Of a stretch of 55,802 nt of DNA, positions 19,201 to 27,209 are shown piece after piece. Made by a program: the position numbers and the translations under genes. Every line of letters starts with the position of its first letter. The stretch's first letter is position 1. Source of the stretch: a virus (taxonomy: Duplodnaviria > Caudoviricetes). The DNA lies in the IMG/VR virus record IMGVR_UViG_3300011252_000208, positions 1 to 55,802 of that record. The stretch is one strand, 5' to 3'. The notes beneath the pieces were generated by a model, which had not been told where the DNA came from, did not search any database, and was given only the letters and a program-made list of their open reading frames with translations.

Positions 19201-21706
19201 AATCAATACCAGACACATTCATGGCTGCTTCTTCAGAAGTCATTGGCGCTCTGCCCGTTGCTTGACGCAAAGTCTTAGGCGGGTTTTGAATGTCTTCTCC
19301 AATAACCCGCCTCATATCATCAGCAATTCTTGAAACGTCAGTCGTAACTCCATTCAAAGGATCGCTAAGACCTGAAAACTGAAAAGAGCCGTCAGTGGAA
19401 GGTGTGCTGAAAATATCGCCCGGAGATTGCGGAAAAGTCTCATCTACAATGTTGCCCTTCGGATAAGCCGCTTCCTCTAAGGCCATAGTGTCAAAACCCG
19501 TAGGTGGATTAGCGTCAAGCCGCGCTTGTGCGTTTATAGCAGCAGAATCATCTTGCGTTAAAACCGTGCCGTCTGGTCTTGTGAATACAGGGCCGCTGGG
19601 AGTATCGTTGTAAACAATAGGATCATCGCTGCCCATTCCCGGCCTAGTAGAAGCGCCAGCAAGACCACCGCCTATTTGTTCGGGTTCAGCTTCTGGAAAA
19701 ACTGTATCCGCAGGCAAGGCTAGGGAATCCACCCTGCCATCGCCCGGAAAGGAACTCTCTGGGCCTATGGGACCAAACGGGCCTCGACGTAGGTTCGGCT
19801 GATAGCCACCATCAATAGCTGCATCAGCGCCGCCAAGTGAACCTTCACGCGCAAGCGCAGCGTCATCAGCCCTAGCCTCTGCCATAGCACGGCGATTAGA
19901 CGCCATAACTTCAGCAGGCGTAGGCTCAACAAACTCAGGCTCAAAAACACCAGTATAAGCGTCAGAACCTAAAGCGTTGATAGCCGCAGCTTCCGAAGCA
20001 TCAACACCCTGCGCCGCAGCCATAGCATTAGCTAAACCAGCGTCCTCAATCCTAGTCTTAGAGGAACCGCCCGGTAAGGCAATGTTCAACATATCAGGAC
20101 GCCTAGTGTCCCTGTTGAAAAACGCCTCAGTCTGATTCTCGTTAAGTAATTCAGGTTGAGCAAAATCAGGCGACGAAACAGCTTTGTTAACTCTCGGCGG
20201 AACATAAGAGCCGCCAATATCAATAGACCCACTCGGAACAATGCCACCACCCGGCGTCAGTCTTTCATTCACAGATATAGGAGAAGGCGCAAGGGGAGAT
20301 AACAAACTAATCGGGTTTTGGCCCAAAATATTAGGAACATCGGCAAATATCTCTGGACCCGCATCACCAGAACCAACAACAGGCGCTGCACCAACAGCAT
20401 CAATAGAACCAGTGTTGCCAAGCTGCGCGTTTAAATCACTGACCAAAGAAGAAATGTTTTCTAAATTCTCAACACTACCGCTCGTCCCAACAACAGGTTT
20501 TAAATCACTCTCGCTAAGAACCGTGCCGTCAGATAACTGTATGTCATTATTCGCACCAGCAACCTGTTTAGCTGCTTCAGCTAAAATCATATTCTTTATA
20601 TCATCACCACCAGACTCTGGCTCTGGCTCTGGAACAACTACAGGCGGGGCAGGAGCAGGGGGCGGAGTATAAACATAATTATCATCTAAGTAATTATAAT
20701 AATCATCGTCATCGCCACCACTATCATCGCCGCCACCACCAAAGTCTTTGTTCGGATTAAAATCAGGAATGCCTAAACTATCCAACAAATCATCAGTGCC
20801 AAATGGATCATCGTCGCTGTAATCCCTAGTCGTAGGATTACCAATAAATCCGCCAAGCGCCATCTTAACAGGATCAGATGAAACAGAACCGCCGTTAGCC
20901 ATAGGACGCGCAACCTGATAATTAGCCAAGTCCTGATAATCGCCAGCTTGAGAACCAAAAATGCCGCTCAAATATTCGCTGTCCCCAAGATTCCTCTGAG
21001 GACCGGGACGCTCAGTTATAGCTGGTTGAGGCGTGTTAAAACCGCCCATGCCGCCAAATGTCTGCTGCTCCTGCTGCGCAATGCCCTGTAAGAAATTATC
21101 GCGCTTCTGTTCAAACTGTGGATCACCGTACTGATTATCCAAATAATCACCATACTGATTTAAAGCATTAGCAGAACCCTGCTGCGGCATGCCGAAATTC
21201 TGATACGGCTGATACTGTTCTGCAATTTTAGGACCATATGGCATGCCTAATGGACCTAAACGCTGCGCTTGCGTAGAAGCAGCCTCTTGCGCCGCCTCTA
21301 TGCCAGAACCAACCATGCCGCCATACGACATGCGCTGAATAGGCTGCGGCATGTCGCTGTTCAACATCATTGAACCATCTGGCATCTGATGCATGCCGCC
21401 ATTCATAGAAGACTGCGGCATAGGACGAGGCTTCGGCGGAGAAGTCATGCGCTGCATGCGCTCACTAAATCCAGCACGACCAGCACTGCTACCACCAAAT
21501 CCACCTAAACCCTCAGTAATCGGAGCAATCGGCGGAGCCATAGGCGGCGGTGCCATCATAGGAGGGGGCGGCATGCCACCCATCATAGGAGGTGGCGGAC
21601 CCATAGGCGCAGAACCAACCATCGGAGCCGGTCCCAAAGGCTGTGAAGGCTGACCAGAAATCGGCGCTATGCCCATGTTGCTAGACGGTACATTAGGATT
21701 ATACAT
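16250..21706 (-). CDS. Large (1818 aa) probable internal virion polyvalent protein with C-terminal ART-like domain
   Basis: Pro/Gly/Met-rich N-terminus, acidic middle, repeated xxGG motifs; FYKGSP...GTGEG...AYGAGAY resembles polyvalent-protein ART-like domains. Confidence 0.6.
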   Translation of the reverse strand: MYNPNVPSSNMGIAPISGQPSQPLGPAPMVGSAPMGPPPPMMGGMPPPPMMAPPPMAPPIAPITEGLGGFGGSSAGRAGFSERMQRMTSPPKPRPMPQSSMNGGMHQMPDGSMMLNSDMPQPIQRMSYGGMVGSGIEAAQEAASTQAQRLGPLGMPYGPKIAEQYQPYQNFGMPQQGSANALNQYGDYLDNQYGDPQFEQKRDNFLQGIAQQEQQTFGGMGGFNTPQPAITERPGPQRNLGDSEYLSGIFGSQAGDYQDLANYQVARPMANGGSVSSDPVKMALGGFIGNPTTRDYSDDDPFGTDDLLDSLGIPDFNPNKDFGGGGDDSGGDDDDYYNYLDDNYVYTPPPAPAPPVVVPEPEPESGGDDIKNMILAEAAKQVAGANNDIQLSDGTVLSESDLKPVVGTSGSVENLENISSLVSDLNAQLGNTGSIDAVGAAPVVGSGDAGPEIFADVPNILGQNPISLLSPLAPSPISVNERLTPGGGIVPSGSIDIGGSYVPPRVNKAVSSPDFAQPELLNENQTEAFFNRDTRRPDMLNIALPGGSSKTRIEDAGLANAMAAAQGVDASEAAAINALGSDAYTGVFEPEFVEPTPAEVMASNRRAMAEARADDAALAREGSLGGADAAIDGGYQPNLRRGPFGPIGPESSFPGDGRVDSLALPADTVFPEAEPEQIGGGLAGASTRPGMGSDDPIVYNDTPSGPVFTRPDGTVLTQDDSAAINAQARLDANPPTGFDTMALEEAAYPKGNIVDETFPQSPGDIFSTPSTDGSFQFSGLSDPLNGVTTDVSRIADDMRRVIGEDIQNPPKTLRQATGRAPMTSEEAAMNVSGIDSAGNVVSLAGASGYDSPAAAANRANALAQPATADPDGGGTDIFDSYAALTRSMKAPNKGETNLIRNAMAGARHTEDGPGYKKGDLVVEDRFADKVLSGFETALSFLLPGPMDFKAMSQENRNKALQAYYDTGKIVYEEGKPVGFEDKEGGLVRLVPKEQDDTGGDDDGCPSGFRRVNGVCMPIQRVAANPATAIEDAIASATLPSTLRPVVRDVVDDDDEEETSDVGGLTIRRPNYFAGGGAVSDGMGSAIDSFISAMGGSVKKKSNVAPVGMARGGYVDMQTESGSTVKDGFGNPVRTRVSTPSMSDSEKDERNFSYDPFPDDVYGRGGRGVDNDPVAPAYNFYADAAAAPVYPDIMSSGFFNPEPEPDNIVQRSLRPQLRPASFDPYVNNAISSVQDNYNDGSVGPTMQNAAALPKQETFMQGISNYLPASVNSAFMLGPNYDQSVFGAAGEMGGELATSFYDDVIGPEGKPLEYLGGAAVDLGRSVFDTLYDPPKAVYGAVDSVFDAFGRLGTETNARDRVGNIIGGPLAAATAVTPLGRLGKLTPKNNTISTDIKPSNETLTFYKGSPVAYDPEPGFPLGRDRSDYSGTGEGNRPMGSPEALGEAGVPSGKAYGAGAYQSMSPSTATGYRFMRSGLDRDLSAAAMKAAQERVDFADAGGRPDNFKTFFSEKIDDVDNAVKDASLGVKSAEDVYADANRTAAERILDSSIFDTSRFRGDPRREIDPQGFYRSVVFGANDQIDEELYAIRDMISNRGNMDYGNPGYRKRMEEINRDFPNLTNLTNKQIAERRAELRDLSKQYTGDVSKKYIDLTQTYRIAQDAEKAKKNLTDFKTAVTGDLPGVLYKTQIQEGKLGSSFEYGNPADNQILTQATNALGVDAMNAKLFGTGPDAKKLQYNPKTQQYSLPLGARGQKVTLDERMLAPKTVAEAELYYKGGITHGQHTDRAGVTNKIFFSDPVTPVPVGRYNRGGQVGMGLGSL

Positions 21707-21768
21707 GCAACAATAGTCCCCATAAGCAATAAAACTTGCGCCAAGACTAAATCATCACAACAAATTAA

Positions 21769-22023
21769 TCAATCCATATACGAAACACGCTCCAACATGC
21801 CGTTCCTAACCATGCTGTCAGCAAAACTAGACCTACTGTCATAATAATAAGTCCCCTTGTTCCACTCACACATCTCAATCGCCGTCCGCCGCATATATCC
21901 ACCCTCGTCAGGACAAGGAAAATCATTCGCCCACTTGCGACGATACATTACAGGTACAACCTCTGACAAAGACTGACCCTCAAACTCATAATCACCGCCG
22001 TACCTAATTCTAAACGTTGCCAT
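21769..22023 (-). CDS. Hypothetical protein
   Basis: GGAG RBS; overlaps upstream gene. Confidence 0.6.
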   Translation of the reverse strand: MATFRIRYGGDYEFEGQSLSEVVPVMYRRKWANDFPCPDEGGYMRRTAIEMCEWNKGTYYYDSRSSFADSMVRNGMLERVSYMD

Positions 22024-22639
22024 TACTCAACTCCATCCTTTTACCAATTAAACTTTTCAACGAAGCCACAATTAAATCCATCGTCTTCCTACCGCAATTC
22101 GGAGTTCTAAGCCAATGATGCTCCCGGTATTCAAAAATAGATAAATTAGGGTCCGTTGGATACCGCAACTCATCACTAACAACCCTAATGGCGCGGCTAA
22201 CAACATGCTTGCTGTACGCATCACCAACATCATAAATAGCCGAAATAACGGAATGAGGGTGAAAATTATACTGATCTTCCAATATCTCATCAATGCAAGC
22301 TTCCGAAGCACGGTAAGCATAAGTAAGGCTCCACAACAACTTACCGCCATGAACCTTTTCACTGCATAAATTCTGAGCCAAAATCTCATAATCCTCTTCC
22401 GCACGACGAAAAAATGCAGTCTTATGACGCTCAAAAAATTGCTTACTTAACGGTATGCCAGCAGCGTCATAAGCCGCAACAAACGCAGGAAGAATATGCC
22501 GCATATCTACCCAACCCTTCTCAGATAAGTGCATGAACCAATCTTTCTCAGTTAACCTGTCAAAGCTAATAGGATACTGACCGTCCAAAACCAAAAAACT
22601 CGCATCTGCATCATCGTTCTTATCAATTTCCCACTTCAT
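22010..22639 (-). CDS. Protein with C-terminal RNA polymerase alpha-CTD-like motif
   Basis: WLRTPNCGRKTMDLI resembles alpha-CTD LLKTPNLGKKSLTEI. Confidence 0.55.
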   Translation of the reverse strand: MKWEIDKNDDADASFLVLDGQYPISFDRLTEKDWFMHLSEKGWVDMRHILPAFVAAYDAAGIPLSKQFFERHKTAFFRRAEEDYEILAQNLCSEKVHGGKLLWSLTYAYRASEACIDEILEDQYNFHPHSVISAIYDVGDAYSKHVVSRAIRVVSDELRYPTDPNLSIFEYREHHWLRTPNCGRKTMDLIVASLKSLIGKRMELSNGNV

Positions 22640-22758
22640 TCGTACATCCCCGCTGTCTTACGTTGAAACTTTTCCACAAACTCACGCAATTCCTTATTCT
22701 CAGCCTTCAATCGCTCAATCTCTTCCAACAAACGCTGATATTCATCACGGTTAATCAT
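22636..22758 (-). CDS. Small coiled-coil protein (40 aa)
   Basis: Not in ORF track; MINRDEYQRLLEEIERLKAENKELREF; ATGA overlap with next gene. Confidence 0.55.
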   Translation of the reverse strand: MINRDEYQRLLEEIERLKAENKELREFVEKFQRKTAGMYE

Positions 22759-22759
22759 A

Positions 22760-22927
22760 TCAAACCCCCACTTCGCCATCACTCTCCCTAGCCATGTAAA
22801 CATAAACCAAACTACGACACGCAGGGCAACTTAAATTCGTTACCATGCAATGATCATCATCCTCATCATCATCTAAATCATGATCCCCGCCCCAAATTAA
22901 CTCAGCCTTGCAATGCCAACAATTCAT
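22760..22927 (-). CDS. Small zinc-ribbon protein
   Basis: CWHC...LIWGGDHD...LSCPAC. Confidence 0.65.
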   Translation of the reverse strand: MNCWHCKAELIWGGDHDLDDDEDDDHCMVTNLSCPACRSLVYVYMARESDGEVGV

Positions 22928-22949
22928 ACCAAAACCCCCCAATTCAACA

Positions 22950-24047
22950 TTACCTGCTCATCTCACGCTCAAAAATAGGAACACTATCCTCAAACGTCAC
23001 AAAATCATCAGCAACCTCATCATCAAAACGCATCGAACCAGTAAACTCAAAAATAGAATTTCTATGCAATCCAGCTAAACCAACCTTAACAAAATAATCA
23101 TTCCAACGAAACTCACGTAAACCACGAAAATGAGACTTCACAAACCTCTTACTACCACCAGAACCCTTCCGATAATGACCCCTAACTATATGAAAAATCT
23201 TCTTCGTATGACCATTCTCATTAACAACCTTGTCACGGTCAGAAAAAAAATAAGGCGTCCGTAACATATCAATCGCAAAAGATACCGAATGCTTGCCGCG
23301 ACTAACACGTACCGTTACACCACTCTCCTGCATCATAGCGCCAGAACACGCAGCCCAAAATAAAGAAGCTATCTGCTCATGAACACTGCAACCACGCTCC
23401 CGCGCAGTCTCAACTAAAAAATCAGGCCAAGACCACTCCATACGAACATATCCACGACCATTGCGCAAATTATAATTCTTAGGCTGACAAATCTTCAATG
23501 GAATAACCTCGCCAGAATCAGATATACTCAAATAAACACTGCACATGCCAGAACGATTAGAACCAGAAGAAACACTAGAACGATAAATTAAACCAAGCTG
23601 ATATACAGTTAAATTACTGCCCTGAACATTATATGGACGCTTCTGCTTGGAAAAATATAAAAAAGTTAAACGAGAAAGATTGTCTTGTTCACAATCAGAA
23701 ACCAAACTGCCGTCAGTCATAATAGATAAATTGCCGTTTAAATGAAGGCAACCAAAACTAGGAAAATCCTCGAAATTCGCCGTGCGGTCCAAACTAAATA
23801 AAGCGTCCTTAGACATAATGCTGCAACCAACACGACTAAACATCTTGTAATGAATAGGATCGTTTCGCTTGAAAACACCTAAACAATTAAACGCACTGTC
23901 CAAACTATCCAATAAATCACCCAAATAATAATGAGCGCCAAAATGCTCCGCAGAATGACGCTTCGTCTTGCGCCTCTTCCTGTCATTAAAATGCTTTACC
24001 TCAGTCCGCTGAAAAAAAGACCTTATCCAAGCAATCAACCTGTTCAT
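22950..24047 (-). CDS. Hypothetical protein (365 aa)
   Basis: Long ORF; HIVRGHYR motif; own promoter and GGGAG RBS. Confidence 0.75.
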   Translation of the reverse strand: MNRLIAWIRSFFQRTEVKHFNDRKRRKTKRHSAEHFGAHYYLGDLLDSLDSAFNCLGVFKRNDPIHYKMFSRVGCSIMSKDALFSLDRTANFEDFPSFGCLHLNGNLSIMTDGSLVSDCEQDNLSRLTFLYFSKQKRPYNVQGSNLTVYQLGLIYRSSVSSGSNRSGMCSVYLSISDSGEVIPLKICQPKNYNLRNGRGYVRMEWSWPDFLVETARERGCSVHEQIASLFWAACSGAMMQESGVTVRVSRGKHSVSFAIDMLRTPYFFSDRDKVVNENGHTKKIFHIVRGHYRKGSGGSKRFVKSHFRGLREFRWNDYFVKVGLAGLHRNSIFEFTGSMRFDDEVADDFVTFEDSVPIFEREMSR

Positions 24048-24079
24048 AACAAAAATACTCCCATATCTCCTACATAATC

Positions 24080-24110
24080 AGCCTATGCCGCTTTGTGGGA
24101 TTATGTCAAG
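24080..24110 (-). promoter_or_regulatory. Sigma70-type promoter with ATCCCACA box
   Basis: - strand CTTGACATAATCCCACAAAG upstream of 24047. Confidence 0.55.
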
Positions 24111-24310
24111 CGTTTAGCATATTATTATTTTTTTTTATAAAAAATTTTTTTGGGGAACCGTGCGCGGGGAACTTGGTGTAGTGTTGTGTCTGACCGCGAG
24201 TCCGAAAAGGGGGTGGGCCGTCTTTATATGATCCCGATCCCGATAAACCGTTTAAAATCAACAGGGTACCTGCAAACGCTAACATTTGTTCGTGTTTGGC
24301 ATCGCGCATG

Positions 24311-24338
24311 AAAAAACCCGCGACATGCGCGGGTGTTT
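24311..24338 (-). terminator. Rho-independent terminator of amidoligase unit
   Basis: ACCCGCG-N5-CGCGGGT stem followed by T6 on - strand. Confidence 0.75.
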
Positions 24339-24361
24339 CCGATTGGCGTATGTCGCGCGGT

Positions 24362-24538
24362 TTATGTGATGCCAGAAAATCGCGTTGCGCGACTAGGCGC
24401 GGCAATCTGTGGCGCTGGGTGTGAGACTGTTTTAACATGTCTGGTATTTTTCTTGACCAGCTTATTGCCGCGATAATTGGCTGGGCGTTTTGATTGCGCG
24501 GCGCGGCGCTGTGCGCGATTTGGTTTGGTATTCTGCAT
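24362..24538 (-). CDS. Small Arg/Lys-rich peptide (58 aa)
   Basis: Not in ORF track; GAAGGGA RBS; MQNTKPNRAQRRAAQSKRP; ends just before the terminator. Confidence 0.6.
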   Translation of the reverse strand: MQNTKPNRAQRRAAQSKRPANYRGNKLVKKNTRHVKTVSHPAPQIAAPSRATRFSGIT

Positions 24539-24612
24539 TGTGTTTCCCTTCGCTGTGGTGGCGGTATTGCCAGTGATAGAGCCGCGCGTTGCGGCTCTAC
24601 TGCGAGCAATAC

Positions 24613-25806
24613 TTAGCGGCGCGCTATGGTGTCGATACGGTCAAACCAGTAATCGTAATCATCATCCGTGGTGCGCGCCCATATGCTAGGATTAGACAAA
24701 TCTTGCACTACATCTGTGCGCGCTGTCACTTCGTCCCATGTCTCTAAGATTTGATAGCGTGTGTAGTCAGTACCATCACCATAGCTGTGCCCTTGTGCTT
24801 GCTGTGTGTGGGTCACAAGCGCGCTATCGCCTATACGGTTGCGGATTTCGGAAACCATGCGGCGCACGCTTGTTTCTGCTACCCCTGTGGCAAGTATGAT
24901 TTCGTGCGTTGTCGCGCCGCGATCTGTGCGCAACATGTCATACACGTTGCGTATGCGGCGCGCCTGTGCAGCAAACGCGCTTGCGCCTGTGCGCGGTGTT
25001 GTGTGCGTTACTGTGGTCATCTGTGGGCGTGGGTGCCGTGTCTCAATGCTGTGCTGTGCGATGTTCAAAAGCAATTGCACCCATTTTTGAATTTTGATCG
25101 TTTCCGTGGTGCCGCCTGCCTGCCGAAATTCAATGGTCTGCTTGCCTTGTTCAAAATTCTGCAAATTGATGTTGGTGAATTTGCCGTGCAATTCGGTCAT
25201 GGCGCGCACAATTTCGCTTGTATCGGTTGCGCGCTTTACGTTGCGGATCATGCCTGCGGTGATTTGATGCCCCATAAATTGACTAAAATGTGGGTGTCCC
25301 TCTGTGCGTGATTTTTGATGTAGCGAATTGATAATATCTTGCTGGTCATACATGCGGACAATAATATCACGCAGTTGCTCTGTGGTAATTGGGTCTTCAG
25401 TTCTATTTTCAAGACTAATCATGCGCCCAGTGCGTTGTGTGTAAGCGATACTCTCGCGGCAAAACATTTCACGCTCACGCTCTGTTTTGACGTTAAGCAA
25501 GCGGCGTGTGGACATGTGAACATGACAACCGCAACCGCCGCGTGATGATGACCGCTCTGGAATAGTCGCGCCGCCACGTACTGAGCTATTGAACATTTCT
25601 TCAACCGCTGCCCACGCAAAAGCGCAATCGACTAAAATGGGCGTATTGGTTTCACTGTTTACAACGCCGCAATCGCTGCACGTTGTGAAGCCTTCAACGC
25701 CGTCTCTGCGATACTGATCGGCTTGTGTGTGCTGTGTGATATTGCCTGAAAACTCAGGCTCGAAACCAAATGGCAGGGCGTTCTCTGTGTGGGTTTGTAC
25801 TGGCAT
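24613..25806 (-). CDS. Putative amidoligase (COOH-NH2 ligase, Amidoligase_2-like) fused to C-terminal winged HTH
   Basis: FGFEPEF, ETNTPIL, CGCHVHMS, KFTNINL, TIEFRQAGGT..KIQKWV; C-terminal YDMLRTDRGATTHEIILATGVAETSVRRMVSEIR. Confidence 0.8.
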   Translation of the reverse strand: MPVQTHTENALPFGFEPEFSGNITQHTQADQYRRDGVEGFTTCSDCGVVNSETNTPILVDCAFAWAAVEEMFNSSVRGGATIPERSSSRGGCGCHVHMSTRRLLNVKTEREREMFCRESIAYTQRTGRMISLENRTEDPITTEQLRDIIVRMYDQQDIINSLHQKSRTEGHPHFSQFMGHQITAGMIRNVKRATDTSEIVRAMTELHGKFTNINLQNFEQGKQTIEFRQAGGTTETIKIQKWVQLLLNIAQHSIETRHPRPQMTTVTHTTPRTGASAFAAQARRIRNVYDMLRTDRGATTHEIILATGVAETSVRRMVSEIRNRIGDSALVTHTQQAQGHSYGDGTDYTRYQILETWDEVTARTDVVQDLSNPSIWARTTDDDYDYWFDRIDTIARR

Positions 25807-25855
25807 TTTTTACTCTCCTATAAGGCGAACGGGTTATTCCGTGTCGCTCTTTATA

Positions 25856-25886
25856 TATATAGCCCTATTTTCAACCTACTTGTCAA
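25856..25886 (-). promoter_or_regulatory. Sigma70-type promoter of amidoligase
   Basis: TTGACA-N17-GCTATA(TA); AGGAG RBS downstream. Confidence 0.65.
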
Positions 25887-25935
25887 CACCATTATCACGA
25901 AATGTTTCAACTTGTAACATCAAGTGATAAGACTT

Positions 25936-25993
25936 ACCATTGGTCAACTTTTAAACCATTAGTCAATTTTCAAAACATTCAGTCAACTTCCAA
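25936..25993. repeat. Three ~19-bp tandem repeats, each with TTGAC on - strand
   Basis: ACCATTGGTCAACTTTTAA / ACCATTAGTCAATTTTCAA / AACATTCAGTCAACTTCCAA. Confidence 0.7.
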
Positions 25994-26005
25994 ACCGTTG
26001 GAAAG

Positions 26006-26021
26006 CCGAACAATTGTTCGG
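26006..26021. promoter_or_regulatory. Perfect palindrome CCGAACAATTGTTCGG (type copy of a dispersed site)
   Basis: Further copies at 26735, 27707, 27817, 27924; variants at 7749, 10535, 24274, 31294, 48033. Confidence 0.8.
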
Positions 26022-26075
26022 GTTTGTATGTGCGTGGTGCGGTGTGGATATGATAAAGGGCCGAGGTATATAATA

Positions 26076-26143
26076 CCCCGACCCCGACCCCGATTGATCC
26101 CGACCCGATCCCGAAGGCCCGACCCCGAAGAGTCAGGCCCGAT
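26076..26143 (+). repeat. Cluster of CCCGA repeats
   Basis: CCCCGACCCCGACCCCGATTGATCCCGACCCGATCCCGAAGGCCCGACCCCGAAG. Confidence 0.85.
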
Positions 26144-26145
26144 TG

Positions 26146-26349
26146 TTAAGAAGAAACGTCCGCTTCTGTTTCTTCTAATACTTCCATTGCGTGCTCAAGT
26201 GCTTCCTGATCGCTATCAATACCGTAGCAAGTAAAGCAATGGTAATCGACCCACTGCCCCCCGATAGGTGCCTGAAGATTAAAAGTTGCGGCTTCATTCC
26301 ACTGAAGCCGAAAATGCTCACCGTTGTGTTCTACTTCCCAATGTTTCAT
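26146..26349 (-). CDS. Small acidic hypothetical protein
   Basis: Start moved to MKHWEV (GGGAG RBS, TAATG coupling). Confidence 0.65.
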   Translation of the reverse strand: MKHWEVEHNGEHFRLQWNEAATFNLQAPIGGQWVDYHCFTCYGIDSDQEALEHAMEVLEETEADVSS

Positions 26350-26606
26350 TATTCTGTCTCCCGCTTGTAAAAGAAATCGCCTGTTGTCCATACATGAAAA
26401 TTGTCATGCTTTCGCAACCTGATTTGTGCGTAATACTCAGCACAACCGTTCGGCACATTGTCTGTATATTCTAATTCAAGTTCGCCGCAATATAGCTTGT
26501 CAATCTCTTTTGAAACTAACGCTTCAATGTCTAACTTTTCATTTGGCCCTAGACGGCGATTGCAAAGTAACTCGCCGGTATGATTGTTTTCGATTGTTAA
26601 AAACAT
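26349..26606 (-). CDS. Hypothetical protein
   Basis: Start moved to MFLTIE after TAGCAAAAAGGAG; upstream extension in the ORF track runs through promoter and terminator. Confidence 0.65.
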   Translation of the reverse strand: MFLTIENNHTGELLCNRRLGPNEKLDIEALVSKEIDKLYCGELELEYTDNVPNGCAEYYAQIRLRKHDNFHVWTTGDFFYKRETE

Positions 26607-26763
26607 AGCGTTCTCCTTTTTGCTAACACCTATATAACGTGAGTCAACCACCAGGTCAACAAGTATTTTAAATAAGTTTACCCGGTGCAATTTAACCGGT
26701 CCGGGCGACTCCGGGCGCTCCGGGTAAATAAACACGAACAATTGTTCGGGTTCTATTCCGGGC

Positions 26764-26794
26764 AAAAAAATACCCGGTGAATTAACACCGGGTA
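26764..26794 (-). terminator. Rho-independent terminator after GGCT gene
   Basis: TACCCGGTG-N6-CACCGGGTA stem followed by T7 on - strand. Confidence 0.8.
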
Positions 26795-26799
26795 AAAGT

Positions 26800-27207
26800 T
26801 TATGCGACTTCTGTTTTCCCCGCTTCGTTTGCCGCAACCCGAAGGCAATAATCATCAAGCCCGAAGTCCCGATACCCTTCTTCGATCATGTCGAAGTAGT
26901 GCTGACTTGGAGGCCCGACATAGTTTTTATTATTCATTTCATACACTAACCATCCGCCGTTAATCTTCCGACGATTGTAAAGCGTTGGATACCCTTCCAA
27001 TATATCCAGTGCTTCTAGGCAACTAGGCGTGATGGCCCATAGCGCAACGGGGCATATGCTGTCCCGATCCCGAACAATGTCAGCAACGCCCCGAAAAACT
27101 AGCCGAGTGTCGGGCAGGTAGAACCCGCCCATCGGTTTAGCTAACGGGCAACGTGCTTCCATTGCCCGACGATTAGTATTCATGCCATAGGCCATATAAA
27201 GCATCAT
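26800..27207 (-). CDS. Gamma-glutamylcyclotransferase (AIG2-like) family protein
   Basis: LYMAYGMN...RCP.A...LVFRGVADI...ALW.IT...LDILEGYP.LY. Confidence 0.85.
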   Translation of the reverse strand: MMLYMAYGMNTNRRAMEARCPLAKPMGGFYLPDTRLVFRGVADIVRDRDSICPVALWAITPSCLEALDILEGYPTLYNRRKINGGWLVYEMNNKNYVGPPSQHYFDMIEEGYRDFGLDDYCLRVAANEAGKTEVA

Positions 27208-27209
27208 GT

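Noticed and set aside
24106-24609. 167-aa - strand ORF
   Set aside because: Crosses a hairpin, a terminator and the T/A-tract junction; the 58-aa ORF with an RBS fits better
26006-26021. Palindrome as a LexA SOS box
   Set aside because: The core matches the Gram-positive GAAC-N4-GTTC box, but the gene content suggests a Gram-negative host, alphaproteobacterial LexA uses GTTC-N7-GTTC, the conserved flanks are longer, and many copies are intragenic; kept as an unknown site
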